Source of the DNA: Bacteroidota bacterium
GTDB lineage: Bacteria; Bacteroidota; Bacteroidia; Bacteroidales; FEN-979
Assembly (NCBI GenBank): GCA_030706225.1
Contig: JAUZOW010000002.1
Coordinates: 1 to 51,238 of the forward strand
Length of the DNA: 51,238 nucleotides
Reading direction: 5' to 3'
Shown here: positions 27,400-36,839 of the stretch, piece by piece
Numbering within the stretch: position 1 is the stretch's first letter
Layout: every line of letters begins with the position of its first letter
Made by a program: the position numbers and the translations under genes
The notes under the pieces: generated by a model
The model's database searches: none
Seen by the model: only the letters and a program-made list of their open reading frames with translations
Told to the model about the DNA's origin: nothing

Positions 27400-28782
27400 T
27401 TGAATCAGAAATCTAATAACCAGGAAAAATTTCTAAGATTCCGGAAAGAGTTCCCTGAATTTACTTATAGTGGCTTTGAATACAGGATTTCCAGCAATGG
27501 ATTGCATGTAAAATATTCCTTCGACCTTTCAGGAAAATACTTTTTCCATCCGACGCTGACGATCCCTTATAAGCAAGGAATCCCATTCCGGGAAATTCCG
27601 GTAAAAAATCTGGAAAATCTTCTTTTCCAGATAGGTATGATCGAACTGGTCAGCTATTGGAAAGTAGCATGCCCTCCGTGTGTCAAGATTGCAGGCTACC
27701 ATCTTGACAAGCCTTGTGCGGATTGGTGGAAGAAGCTCTATTTCAATGGACTGGGAGAATTCTTTTACCTGAACTCGATTCAAGCTTCTCCGGAAAACTT
27801 TATGGATCTTTGTTTTAATGGCATCGAATCTCCGGAACCTTTCCGGATTACTCCCGGAGAAGGTGGGCTGATCCCGGTCGGGGGAGGAAAGGATTCAGCC
27901 GTGACACTGGAATTACTACATGGTGAACCCGGGAATATACCGGTGATCCTAAATCCAAGAGGTGCAAGCCTGGATACTCTCCGTGTACGTGGCATCGGGG
28001 AAAACGATTTTATCGGGATACAAAGGACTATTGATCCGGAACTGATCCGGTTGAACGGAGAAGGGTTCCTGAACGGGCATACTCCTTTTTCTGCATTACT
28101 GGCTTTTATTACTTCGCTGGCAGCAGTTTTGTCAGGTAAAAAGTACATCATTCTTTCGAATGAATCGAGTGCGAATGAACCAACCGTCCTTGAAAAAGAG
28201 ATCAATCACCAATATTCGAAAACCTATAAATTTGAAAAGGATTTCCGGGATTACTTCCGGGAATATGTAACTCCTGACATTGAATATTTCAGTTTCCTGC
28301 GTCCGGTTAATGAATTGCAAATTGCGCATATTTTTTCAGGTTTTCCTCAGTATTTTCCGGTATTTAAAAGCTGCAACGTAGGGAGCAAAACCGATACATG
28401 GTGTGGGCATTGCGCCAAATGCCTGTTTACCTGGATTATTTTGTCACCCTTTGTTTCCCGTGAGAAACTTATTACCATCTTCGGACGTGATCTTTTTTCA
28501 GACCTTACTCTGATTCCTCTGCTCGAAGGCTTAACCGGCTCATCGGAAACCAAGCCGTTTGATTGCATCGGTACAGTAAATGAAGTGAATACTGCATTGA
28601 AAGTGACCCTTCGCCAGTATGGTGATGCTGATCTGCCCGGACTGCTCAGATTTTATCGCTCCTCTTCTGCTTTTACTGCAAGCGGGGAGGAAATGGAAAA
28701 ACAATTGATTCATCATTATAATCCGGAACATTTCGTTCCGGATCATTTTCTTAAAATTTTAAAAGGATATATACATGATTGA
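27400..28782 (+). CDS. murL: PP-loop-containing protein, candidate MurL (UDP-MurNAc-L-Ala-L-Glu epimerase)
   Basis: 460 aa with a TTG start. Has a PP-loop-like 'VGGGKDS' (27880-27897) and a Cys cluster 'WCGHCAKC'. Overlaps the downstream MurD-family ligase by 8 nt (ATGATTGA). The assignment rests on gene context plus recalled MurL biology, not on an alignment. Confidence 0.5.
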   Translation: MNQKSNNQEKFLRFRKEFPEFTYSGFEYRISSNGLHVKYSFDLSGKYFFHPTLTIPYKQGIPFREIPVKNLENLLFQIGMIELVSYWKVACPPCVKIAGYHLDKPCADWWKKLYFNGLGEFFYLNSIQASPENFMDLCFNGIESPEPFRITPGEGGLIPVGGGKDSAVTLELLHGEPGNIPVILNPRGASLDTLRVRGIGENDFIGIQRTIDPELIRLNGEGFLNGHTPFSALLAFITSLAAVLSGKKYIILSNESSANEPTVLEKEINHQYSKTYKFEKDFRDYFREYVTPDIEYFSFLRPVNELQIAHIFSGFPQYFPVFKSCNVGSKTDTWCGHCAKCLFTWIILSPFVSREKLITIFGRDLFSDLTLIPLLEGLTGSSETKPFDCIGTVNEVNTALKVTLRQYGDADLPGLLRFYRSSSAFTASGEEMEKQLIHHYNPEHFVPDHFLKILKGYIHD

Positions 28783-30166
28783 CTGCATCCGCAGGAAACT
28801 GGAAAATCGTAAAGTGCTATTGCTCGGATTCGGACGGGAAGGGAAATCTTCCTATAAGCTGATCCGGAAAGTATTGCCTGCATTGCCTGTCGCTATTGCT
28901 GATTCCAATACAAATATCTGTAAAGATCCTTTAGTGGCTGGCGATCCATTGGTTTCCTTCAGGGTGGGTGAGATTTACCTGAACGGGTTGAATGAATTTG
29001 ATGTTATATTCAAATCACCGGGAATTACTCTGAAAGACCTTCCGGAAGGGACGGATCTTTCCCGGGTCACTTCCCAGACCGATCTGTTCATGGAGATCTT
29101 TTCAAGCCAGGTTGTGGGAATCACAGGAACCAAGGGGAAAAGCACGACATCGACCTTGGTTCATCATCTTCTCAGGCAGGCAGGGAAACCTTCGGTTTTG
29201 CTTGGAAATATAGGCCGGCCTGCATTTGAAGCGCTTGAAGATATTACTCCGGAAACAACTATTGTTTACGAACTTTCCTCCCACCAGCTTGAACATGTTT
29301 CATATGCTCCGCATATCGCTGTTTTTCTGAATCTTTTCCCAGAACATCTGGATGCGTATCATTCTTTCCGGGATTATATGCTTGCGAAAATGAATATCAC
29401 CCGGTGCCAGTCGGAACAAGATTTTCTGATTTACAACCGGGATGATGAAAGAGTCCGGAGTCTCATCAATGAATTTTCCTTGTTGCGCCGGTATTTTCCT
29501 TTCTCTTTTTCGGAGGAACAAAAAAACGGAGCCTATATCAAGGATGGCTGGATCTGGTTTTCGAAGGATGGGCTGGCTCAGCCGGTGATCAATCTCCAAC
29601 AAAAGATCCACCTGAAAGGTGATCATAATCTGAAAAATATTATGGCTGCCATTTCGGCATGCAAGATTCTGGATGTTTCCAACGATGACATCAGTGATGG
29701 AGTGGCATCCTTTCGCGGACTGGAACACCGGATAGAATTTGCCGGGATTCACCGGGGAATTTATTTTTATAATGATTCCATTGCAACGGTTCCTGAAGCT
29801 TGCATGGAAGCGGTCAAAGCATTGGGAAATGTCGATACGCTCATTCTGGGCGGATTTGACCGTGGAATCGATTATTCAGGACTGGCTTCCTTTTTAGCCC
29901 GGTCAGATGTCAGGAATTTTATACTCACCGGCGAAGCTGGAAAACGGATCGGGAAGGAACTGCTGAAGTGCAAAAGGGAAGAGCAGGTACTTTATCCTGT
30001 CGCTAAATTTGATGATTTTCTTCCCATCGCCATTACCCAGACTCATCCGGGCTTTACTTGTTTGTTATCACCGGCAGCGTCCAGCTATGATGAATTTATG
30101 AATTTTGAAGTACGTGGAAAACGGTTCAAGGAATTGGTCGGTATGACCGGTAATGAAAATGAATAA
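28775..30166 (+). CDS. murD2: MurD-family Mur ligase, candidate MurD2 (UDP-MurNAc-L-Ala:L-Glu ligase)
   Basis: Has an N-terminal 'GFGREGKSSY', the P-loop 'GITGTKGKSTT', 'GDHNLKN' and 'NDSIATVPEA'. It is not in a dcw (mraY/ftsW) context. The Mur-ligase call is confident; L-Glu specificity is inferred. Confidence 0.75.
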   Translation: MIDCIRRKLENRKVLLLGFGREGKSSYKLIRKVLPALPVAIADSNTNICKDPLVAGDPLVSFRVGEIYLNGLNEFDVIFKSPGITLKDLPEGTDLSRVTSQTDLFMEIFSSQVVGITGTKGKSTTSTLVHHLLRQAGKPSVLLGNIGRPAFEALEDITPETTIVYELSSHQLEHVSYAPHIAVFLNLFPEHLDAYHSFRDYMLAKMNITRCQSEQDFLIYNRDDERVRSLINEFSLLRRYFPFSFSEEQKNGAYIKDGWIWFSKDGLAQPVINLQQKIHLKGDHNLKNIMAAISACKILDVSNDDISDGVASFRGLEHRIEFAGIHRGIYFYNDSIATVPEACMEAVKALGNVDTLILGGFDRGIDYSGLASFLARSDVRNFILTGEAGKRIGKELLKCKREEQVLYPVAKFDDFLPIAITQTHPGFTCLLSPAASSYDEFMNFEVRGKRFKELVGMTGNENE

Positions 30167-30203
30167 GTACAGCCCGGTTACGGGCACTGGTAAAAGGACT
30201 AAA

Positions 30204-31178
30204 ATGTGCTATAAGAAGTCAGCTAAAAAAATTCCGGGAATTCTCTTTCTTTTATTATCGTTGATTCCTGAATTCTCGGTTTCTCAGACCCTGAATTATG
30301 AGGAAGCCGTCAAGCGTTACATTGAACGCTATTCCGATGCAGCTATCCATGAAATGATGATTTACCGGATTCCGGCCAGCATAACCCTTGCACAGGGTAT
30401 CTTTGAATCCAATGCAGGGCGCAGCAGGTTGGCCACCGAAGCCAATAATCATTTCGGGATAAAATGCCATAAAGACTGGACCGGCCCGGCTTTATATCAG
30501 GATGATGATGTAAAAAACGAGTGTTTCCGGAAATATGACAAACCGGAAGAATCGTTCAGAGATCACTCTTGTTTTCTGACAACCCGGGATCGTTACCGGA
30601 ACTTGTTTTCACTGGCTATTACAGATTACAAAAGTTGGGCGAAAGGATTGAAGGAAGACGGTTATGCTACAAATCCACAATACGCGGAAAAGCTGATTAA
30701 TACGATTGAAAGGTTTCAGCTTTATCGTTTTGACCAGGGAGAGGTGCCTCTGGCGGAAGCGGATACGACAACTATTTCATATGATAGTATAAAAATCAAT
30801 CCGCTGACCCATAAACCCTATGAGGTATTTGCATATGGTCCCGGAGAAAGAAGAGTATATGTCAACAATGATCTTCAGTTTCTGATTCTCAGAAGTTCGG
30901 ATAATATTGACAGTATATCCAAAGCTTTTCATGTATCAAAAAGAAGGATCCTGAGATGGAATGATTTGAAAAAAGGTTCATTATTGGCTAAAGGCCAGAT
31001 GGTTTATCTGGAGCATAAAAAAAGGAGAGGAGCCACAGATGTTCACGTTGTAAGACGCGGAGAAACACTATATACCATTTCTCAGGAAAACGGGATTAAT
31101 TTGAAAATGCTCTATAAACGGAATCACCTGAAAGAGGGTCAGAAGATTAGAGCGGGACAGAGGTTATTGCTTCGATAA
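30204..31178 (+). CDS. Glucosaminidase-domain peptidoglycan hydrolase with two C-terminal LysM domains
   Basis: 'LAQGIFESNAGRSRLATEANNHFGIKC' is a glucosaminidase/FlgJ-type motif. LysM-like segments are 'ISKAFHVSKRRILRWNDL' and 'VVRRGETLYTISQENGINLKMLYKRNHL'. The Met at 30204 precedes a signal-like segment; an alternative start is 30153. Confidence 0.8.
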   Translation: MCYKKSAKKIPGILFLLLSLIPEFSVSQTLNYEEAVKRYIERYSDAAIHEMMIYRIPASITLAQGIFESNAGRSRLATEANNHFGIKCHKDWTGPALYQDDDVKNECFRKYDKPEESFRDHSCFLTTRDRYRNLFSLAITDYKSWAKGLKEDGYATNPQYAEKLINTIERFQLYRFDQGEVPLAEADTTTISYDSIKINPLTHKPYEVFAYGPGERRVYVNNDLQFLILRSSDNIDSISKAFHVSKRRILRWNDLKKGSLLAKGQMVYLEHKKRRGATDVHVVRRGETLYTISQENGINLKMLYKRNHLKEGQKIRAGQRLLLR

Positions 31179-33908
31179 ACGATAGCATTTCAGGATTTTA
31201 CCTGAACCTGTAATCAGATACTGATAATCACTTTTTTTCCATGATCCAAGATCAAATGCACAGTTTCCGTGAATTCCATTTGGAAGTTCAATCTTCCCTT
31301 TATCATTGAACAGGAATACTTCGTTAGAAAAAGCAGAAACAGCGCCGACATATTTTTTCCCGTCCGGAAGATCGATCAGATAAGGTTCAACTGTAAGTTC
31401 CCGCTGAAAAACATAACTATAAATAAGCTGATAGAAACGGTTGTAGAAATAGATTTTGTTCCGGTCGTAAAAAATATATTCATAAGAACCGTCGCCGGAC
31501 AGATCTTCATAGAAAAACCGGTGAGTACCTGTAAAAATATTAAACGTAGCTTCAGAAGTTCTTCCACTTTCCCCAATATAGATGATTTTTCCTGTAGGAT
31601 CACTGGTCAGAAATGCCCCTTTCTTGTTGGTGCGGTTAAGATAGAATCCGGCCCGGCTTGAAATCACCAAATTATTATTTGTTTTAACGGATGTTTTTCC
31701 CTGGCGGTCGGTGATCATCAGATGACCTTCTTTGGATTTGATAAAGAAGAAATCCTTCCGGCCGTATCTTACATAATCAACCGGTTGAACAATATCTTCT
31801 CTCATTGCAAGATATGACCATGAATTAATTCTTCGGGATGACAGAGAGAAGGAATAAACTCTCTTGTCGTTCAGCGGTACAAGAACCTGATATTCATGGC
31901 TGCGCGGAATCTGAATAACCGAGAGGGGAGCCATTGCTTTTTGCTCTGTTTTTACCGGATATCCCGGGGCGAATTTGCCATCCGGGTTGACAAGGCAGAT
32001 CCAGTCGGGGGTATTGAACAGGAAGGAAATCGAGTCCGAACGGCCAAAATAAACCGGATGTATTTCTCCCATAGGAGCACCGGGTATCTGAAGCCGCCAC
32101 CGGATATTTCCTGATGTATCAATCATATACAGCCGGCTGAATTTATCAAGTGCAAGGATTCCGACATCACCTTTCGGAGTGAGTTCCGTAAATACCGGGC
32201 TTCGCGTCAGGGTTGTATCCAGGATAACCTGCCATTTCAGAGGGCCTCTTTCACCTGGGAACGGGTTATAGTGAAGAATCATGCTTGTATAAATGAGATC
32301 GCCCCGGTTAGTGAATTGAATGGCAACCCGTTCAAATTTTTTCAATGAATCGATGACCGGTGAAAGCTGAAGATTGATATCATCGCGGAAAAGTCCGGTA
32401 AGCCTTTGTAATGAAAGACGCAAATCGAAATAATAGATCAGGTTTGCGGATTCGGGAAGGTTTTCGTTGAAATCGGAAAATTCCTTGTTATTTCCCAGAA
32501 TGTTTCCGGAACCGACCTGCTGTATATATTTTTTAAGGGAATTAATATCGTTTCCGAAGACAATATAATTTTTCCAGAAGAAGTAGCATACGTTTTCCAT
32601 GTGGCTGAATGTCTTCCCGAATAATCCCGGAAGAATTCCCGTCAGATGGATTGAATGGATGGTGTGTCCGTTGAAATAGACAGAGTCGTGCCGGGAAGAG
32701 GTCAATTCACCAAGATGGATCAACGATGTATCGGCGGAAATGGAATCGGTTATTCCGAAAAGAGCGTAATAATCCAGGGTAGAGGAAACTTCATCTTTTG
32801 TAGTTGAAAAGGAATAGATTTCTCCTTTCATCCAGGGAATGAAATAATCCTTAACACGGATCTCGTATTGCTCTTCAAGAGAAGCAAGGGGATAAGAGTA
32901 GACATCCGGAAAAGGATGGTTTCCGGCAAAGAATGCCATAAGATTGGACTGATAAGCTCCCGGGTTGCTCACTCCGAGAAAGGAAATGGATGCTGTATTG
33001 TCGGGCAGCAGAAGTAAAGCGGGGGTCCGCTGGGGGACCTGTTTACGGAACAGGGGAAGGTACTGGTTTGCAGTGTCTGAAAAGGTTGTAAATCCGGTCA
33101 CCAGGATTTCATCGCTTTTCAGCATGATATCCCATCCGCTCCAGTCAGCAAAATGGCTCAGGGATTCAATTTCGCTTCTTTCATCTTCCTGGAAAACCTT
33201 CATCAGAAAAGGAGAAATCAGCCGGTAATTGACATAAAGGTTGGCATCCACCTTTTTACCGGTAACAGCTTCCACTCTTTGAAATCCTGTTGTTGCCAGT
33301 GAGGAAATGTTTAATGAAAGGCGGTCAAGGGCTTTATTTACCAGTTCCGGATGTGAACTGCAGATAAATACATTTTTTCTGACCGCAAAGAAAAAGGGTT
33401 CTTTCCGGGTTTTCAAAATGACCCTGATCAGGTTGGAAGAGCCATACTGCGTTTTCAGAAGAGTAACTTTATTGCCATATGTTTTCTGGATAAAAGAGAT
33501 GATTTCAGATTCAGCATCATATCCTTTAACATTGGTAAGAAACATGGATCCAAGGGTTGTTCGTCCGTTGGTCAGCACTGCGAAATAAAAGGGTTTTTCA
33601 TCCATGAGCCTGCGGATTTTCTGATCTTTTCCAATCAGAGAATCCAGAGTTTGTATCTGATCGCGGAATTCGCCGATGGCAGGGATCATCTGAAGCTGTT
33701 TCCAGATGATATTTTCCTTCCGAATCGTTTTCCAGAGGGATTCCGGGTCATTGATTTTAATGATCAGAGCCGCATTTTCCGGAATGGCTTTAACCGGCGA
33801 TTCAGTTTCCGACCGGAATTTCGGGTACAGAAGCCATCCCACATATATTATTCCGGCAACAGCGACCAGAATTGACAGGGATAAAAGAAACCACCGGAGA
33901 TATTTCAT
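31164..33908 (-). CDS. Large membrane-anchored protein of unknown function (914 aa)
   Basis: Has an N-terminal TM anchor (FLLSLSILVAVAGIIYVGWLLY). The C-terminal third is rich in beta-propeller/FG-GAP-like strands (e.g. 'YEDLSGDGSYEYIFYDRNKIYFYN'). I recognise no catalytic motif. Confidence 0.6.
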   Translation of the reverse strand: MKYLRWFLLSLSILVAVAGIIYVGWLLYPKFRSETESPVKAIPENAALIIKINDPESLWKTIRKENIIWKQLQMIPAIGEFRDQIQTLDSLIGKDQKIRRLMDEKPFYFAVLTNGRTTLGSMFLTNVKGYDAESEIISFIQKTYGNKVTLLKTQYGSSNLIRVILKTRKEPFFFAVRKNVFICSSHPELVNKALDRLSLNISSLATTGFQRVEAVTGKKVDANLYVNYRLISPFLMKVFQEDERSEIESLSHFADWSGWDIMLKSDEILVTGFTTFSDTANQYLPLFRKQVPQRTPALLLLPDNTASISFLGVSNPGAYQSNLMAFFAGNHPFPDVYSYPLASLEEQYEIRVKDYFIPWMKGEIYSFSTTKDEVSSTLDYYALFGITDSISADTSLIHLGELTSSRHDSVYFNGHTIHSIHLTGILPGLFGKTFSHMENVCYFFWKNYIVFGNDINSLKKYIQQVGSGNILGNNKEFSDFNENLPESANLIYYFDLRLSLQRLTGLFRDDINLQLSPVIDSLKKFERVAIQFTNRGDLIYTSMILHYNPFPGERGPLKWQVILDTTLTRSPVFTELTPKGDVGILALDKFSRLYMIDTSGNIRWRLQIPGAPMGEIHPVYFGRSDSISFLFNTPDWICLVNPDGKFAPGYPVKTEQKAMAPLSVIQIPRSHEYQVLVPLNDKRVYSFSLSSRRINSWSYLAMREDIVQPVDYVRYGRKDFFFIKSKEGHLMITDRQGKTSVKTNNNLVISSRAGFYLNRTNKKGAFLTSDPTGKIIYIGESGRTSEATFNIFTGTHRFFYEDLSGDGSYEYIFYDRNKIYFYNRFYQLIYSYVFQRELTVEPYLIDLPDGKKYVGAVSAFSNEVFLFNDKGKIELPNGIHGNCAFDLGSWKKSDYQYLITGSGKILKCYRLSKQ

Positions 33909-33914
33909 ACCATA

Positions 33915-34514
33915 TTATTTAAATTCCATGCTAAGCTGCCCGAAAAGATTGTAGCTTTTCCGGTGATACGGAGTCACTCCAAAGCTTGCCAATCCTTCCC
34001 GGTGTGCACGGCTGGGATAGCCTTTATTGCTTTTCCAGTTATAAACAGGGAATTCTTCATGCAACCGAATCATATAATCATCACGGTACGTCTTTGCCAG
34101 GATGGAAGCAGCTGCAATACAAAGATACTTCCCATCACCTTTTATTATACATTGATGAGGAATTCCGGGAAAAGGATCGAAATGATTTCCGTCGATCAGC
34201 AGTATTTCGGGACTGATCGCTAGTTTTTTTATAGCCTTGTGCATTGCACGGAAAGAGGCATGGAGGATATTGATTTTATCGATTTCTTCAGGGCCGACAC
34301 TTTCAACTGCCCAGGCCATGGCTTCCTTTTCAATCACTTCACGAAGAGCATACCGTTTTTTTGCGCTTAGTTTCTTTGAATCATCCAACTTGTCATTCCT
34401 GAATTCTTTTGGAAAAATGACAGCTGCAGCAAATACAGGCCCGGCTAAAGAACCCCTTCCTGCCTCATCACAACCGGCTTCTACAAGATTTTCGGTAAAA
34501 CGAGCACTTAACAT
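33915..34514 (-). CDS. rnhB: Ribonuclease HII
   Basis: Catalytic motif '[14 protein letters not shown]'. 199 aa. Confidence 0.93.
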   Translation of the reverse strand: MLSARFTENLVEAGCDEAGRGSLAGPVFAAAVIFPKEFRNDKLDDSKKLSAKKRYALREVIEKEAMAWAVESVGPEEIDKINILHASFRAMHKAIKKLAISPEILLIDGNHFDPFPGIPHQCIIKGDGKYLCIAAASILAKTYRDDYMIRLHEEFPVYNWKSNKGYPSRAHREGLASFGVTPYHRKSYNLFGQLSMEFK

Positions 34515-34526
34515 TCTTTTTCAGAT

Positions 34527-35513
34527 TCAAGAAAGCAACAAGAAATAATTATTTGCAAGAGCAAACATAATAAAAACAATCCAAAGGATTTGCTGCCAGC
34601 GAATCTTCCGGATCCTTAACATATAAGAGGAGAGTATCCCTGCCAGGGGAACTGCTACGAAAATGACGGTATATTTAAACGGATGTCCGGGGAAAAAGAA
34701 TAAAAATGCGGTAAAAAAAGTAAACCAATACAGGATGGCATTTTTCCGGCGTCCTTCAATGGTCTTTTCCTGTACATTCCCGAATGAATTTATCATAACC
34801 AGCAGTAAAACAAAAGCCAATACAAAAAATGGGATGAAGAAAAGAAGATCATTGGTCAAAAACGGAATATGAATTTCCCTGAAATTGTCGAAATATAGGC
34901 TTGCTTTCATTTCCAGCTTATCAAACCAGAAATAATATACCGAAATGAAAAGAAATGGGGTGATGATCCCAATCAGCGTACTGAAAAAACTTCTCCATCC
35001 GGAGGAACGGGAAATAATCGTGGCAATCCAAATGAAAACAAGATAAATAATAGAGGGAGGATGGATTAATGTTGCAATACCGGTAAAAAAACCGGCAGTA
35101 TAGGTCAGGTCAAGCCATTCAGTTCTTGAATATGAAGAATAGATTGCCATAAATGCAATCATCAGAAAGAGCAATGATAATGAAACTGGATTCAACGTAA
35201 GTGCCTGTGGAAACCAACTGCTGAAAATCACAAACGAAAATGCCGCAAGGGAGGAGTTCTTGGGAACAACTTCATTCCGGGCAAAAATATAATTGCAATA
35301 AAAAGCGGAGATAAGCATGATCAGAAATCCGGACAGAACCTGGATATGAGGGGAGTTTTTCAGCAAGCTGTACAGAACTGCATACAAAGGGGCTTCCATT
35401 TCCGGTGCAGGCATAATAATAGGATGGAGGAAGGATGGCATCCAGAGAATCAGCCCGGTAATCGCTATGATTATATACTGGGTTGCAAAGCTTGAACGAA
35501 AAAACCGGAACAT
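34527..35513 (-). CDS. Polytopic inner-membrane protein (DUF6427-like), function unknown
   Basis: About 9 hydrophobic segments across 328 aa and no soluble domain. The family name is from memory. Confidence 0.5.
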   Translation of the reverse strand: MFRFFRSSFATQYIIIAITGLILWMPSFLHPIIMPAPEMEAPLYAVLYSLLKNSPHIQVLSGFLIMLISAFYCNYIFARNEVVPKNSSLAAFSFVIFSSWFPQALTLNPVSLSLLFLMIAFMAIYSSYSRTEWLDLTYTAGFFTGIATLIHPPSIIYLVFIWIATIISRSSGWRSFFSTLIGIITPFLFISVYYFWFDKLEMKASLYFDNFREIHIPFLTNDLLFFIPFFVLAFVLLLVMINSFGNVQEKTIEGRRKNAILYWFTFFTAFLFFFPGHPFKYTVIFVAVPLAGILSSYMLRIRKIRWQQILWIVFIMFALANNYFLLLS

Positions 35514-35538
35514 TTTTAAATCCCTTAATCTATAATGC

Positions 35539-36834
35539 TTAGTGCTGTTCTCCCTTTTTCAGGTCAAATCCGATATCGTTTCTGAAATATTTTCCCTGGA
35601 ACCGGATTTTGTCCGCATTTTCGTAGGATTTTTTCAAGGCAATATCCATGGTCCTTCCCAGAGAAGTTATTGCCAGAACCCGTCCCCCATTGGTTACTGT
35701 TTCCTGATTTTCAGGATTTACGGAAGTTCCGGAATGGAAAAGAATACTTCCCCGGGTAGTGTCTTCTCCTGTGATTGCCTTTCCTTTCTCATACTTACCG
35801 GGATATCCTTCCGATACCAGCATGACGGTGGCAGCATAACGCTTATCGAACCGGATCGCAATATTTTTCAGACTGCGATTTGCTACGGCATAAAAAAGTT
35901 CGATAAGATCGTTCTTTAGCCGGGGAATAATAGATTCGGTTTCCGGATCTCCAAGCCTGCAATTGTATTCAATGACATAAGGATCTCCGTCGACATTTAT
36001 CAGTCCGAAAAATATAAATCCCTGATAATCAATATTTTCTTTTATTAATCCGGCTAAAGTAGGTTTGATAATACGGGTTTCGACTTTTCGCATAAATTCT
36101 CTACCAGCAAAGGGGACAGGTGAAACGGATCCCATTCCGCCGGTATTGGGACCGGTATCGCCGGTACCTATTTTTTTATAATCTTTAGCAGAGGGAAGTA
36201 TTTTATAGGAACGGCCATCGGTAATCACAAAAACAGAGATCTCAATTCCTCGAAGGAATTCTTCAATGACTACCCGGCGGGAGGATTCTCCAAATTTTGC
36301 ATCGCGGATCATAGCGATAAGCTCATTCCGGGCTTCTTCGCGGCTTTGACAAATGACCACTCCTTTTCCGGCAGCAAGACCGTCGGCTTTGACCACGATA
36401 GGTGGAGTGGACTTTTCTATAAAACGGAACCCTTCTTCCAGATTTTTACTATCGAACGTATGGAAAGCTGCAGTCGGAATATTATGCCGGGTCATGAATT
36501 GCTTTGCAAATTCTTTGGAACCTTCGAGCATGGCTGCTTGTTTAACAGGTCCGATTACAGGGATACCTTTCAGCAGGGGATCGGCAAGAAATTGATCGTG
36601 AATGCCATTGACCAAAGGATCTTCAGGACCAACGACAACCATCCGGACCGAATGGGTAAGAACAAACTCACGAATAGCAGGAAAATCATTCGGAGAAAGC
36701 GGCACATTGGTTCCGATTTTGCCGGTTCCTGCATTTCCTGGTGCTATAAAAAGATGGGAGAGGTGAGGACTTTGAACCATTTTCCATGCAATGGCATGTT
36801 CCCTTCCACCGGATCCCAAAAGTAAAATATTCAT
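35539..36834 (-). CDS. purD: Phosphoribosylamine--glycine ligase
   Basis: Has 'ILLLGSGGREHAIAWK' and ATP-grasp core motifs ('VVKADGLAAGKGV', 'VIEYNCRLGDPE'). Confidence 0.95.
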   Translation of the reverse strand: MNILLLGSGGREHAIAWKMVQSPHLSHLFIAPGNAGTGKIGTNVPLSPNDFPAIREFVLTHSVRMVVVGPEDPLVNGIHDQFLADPLLKGIPVIGPVKQAAMLEGSKEFAKQFMTRHNIPTAAFHTFDSKNLEEGFRFIEKSTPPIVVKADGLAAGKGVVICQSREEARNELIAMIRDAKFGESSRRVVIEEFLRGIEISVFVITDGRSYKILPSAKDYKKIGTGDTGPNTGGMGSVSPVPFAGREFMRKVETRIIKPTLAGLIKENIDYQGFIFFGLINVDGDPYVIEYNCRLGDPETESIIPRLKNDLIELFYAVANRSLKNIAIRFDKRYAATVMLVSEGYPGKYEKGKAITGEDTTRGSILFHSGTSVNPENQETVTNGGRVLAITSLGRTMDIALKKSYENADKIRFQGKYFRNDIGFDLKKGEQH

Positions 36835-36839
36835 CGTGA

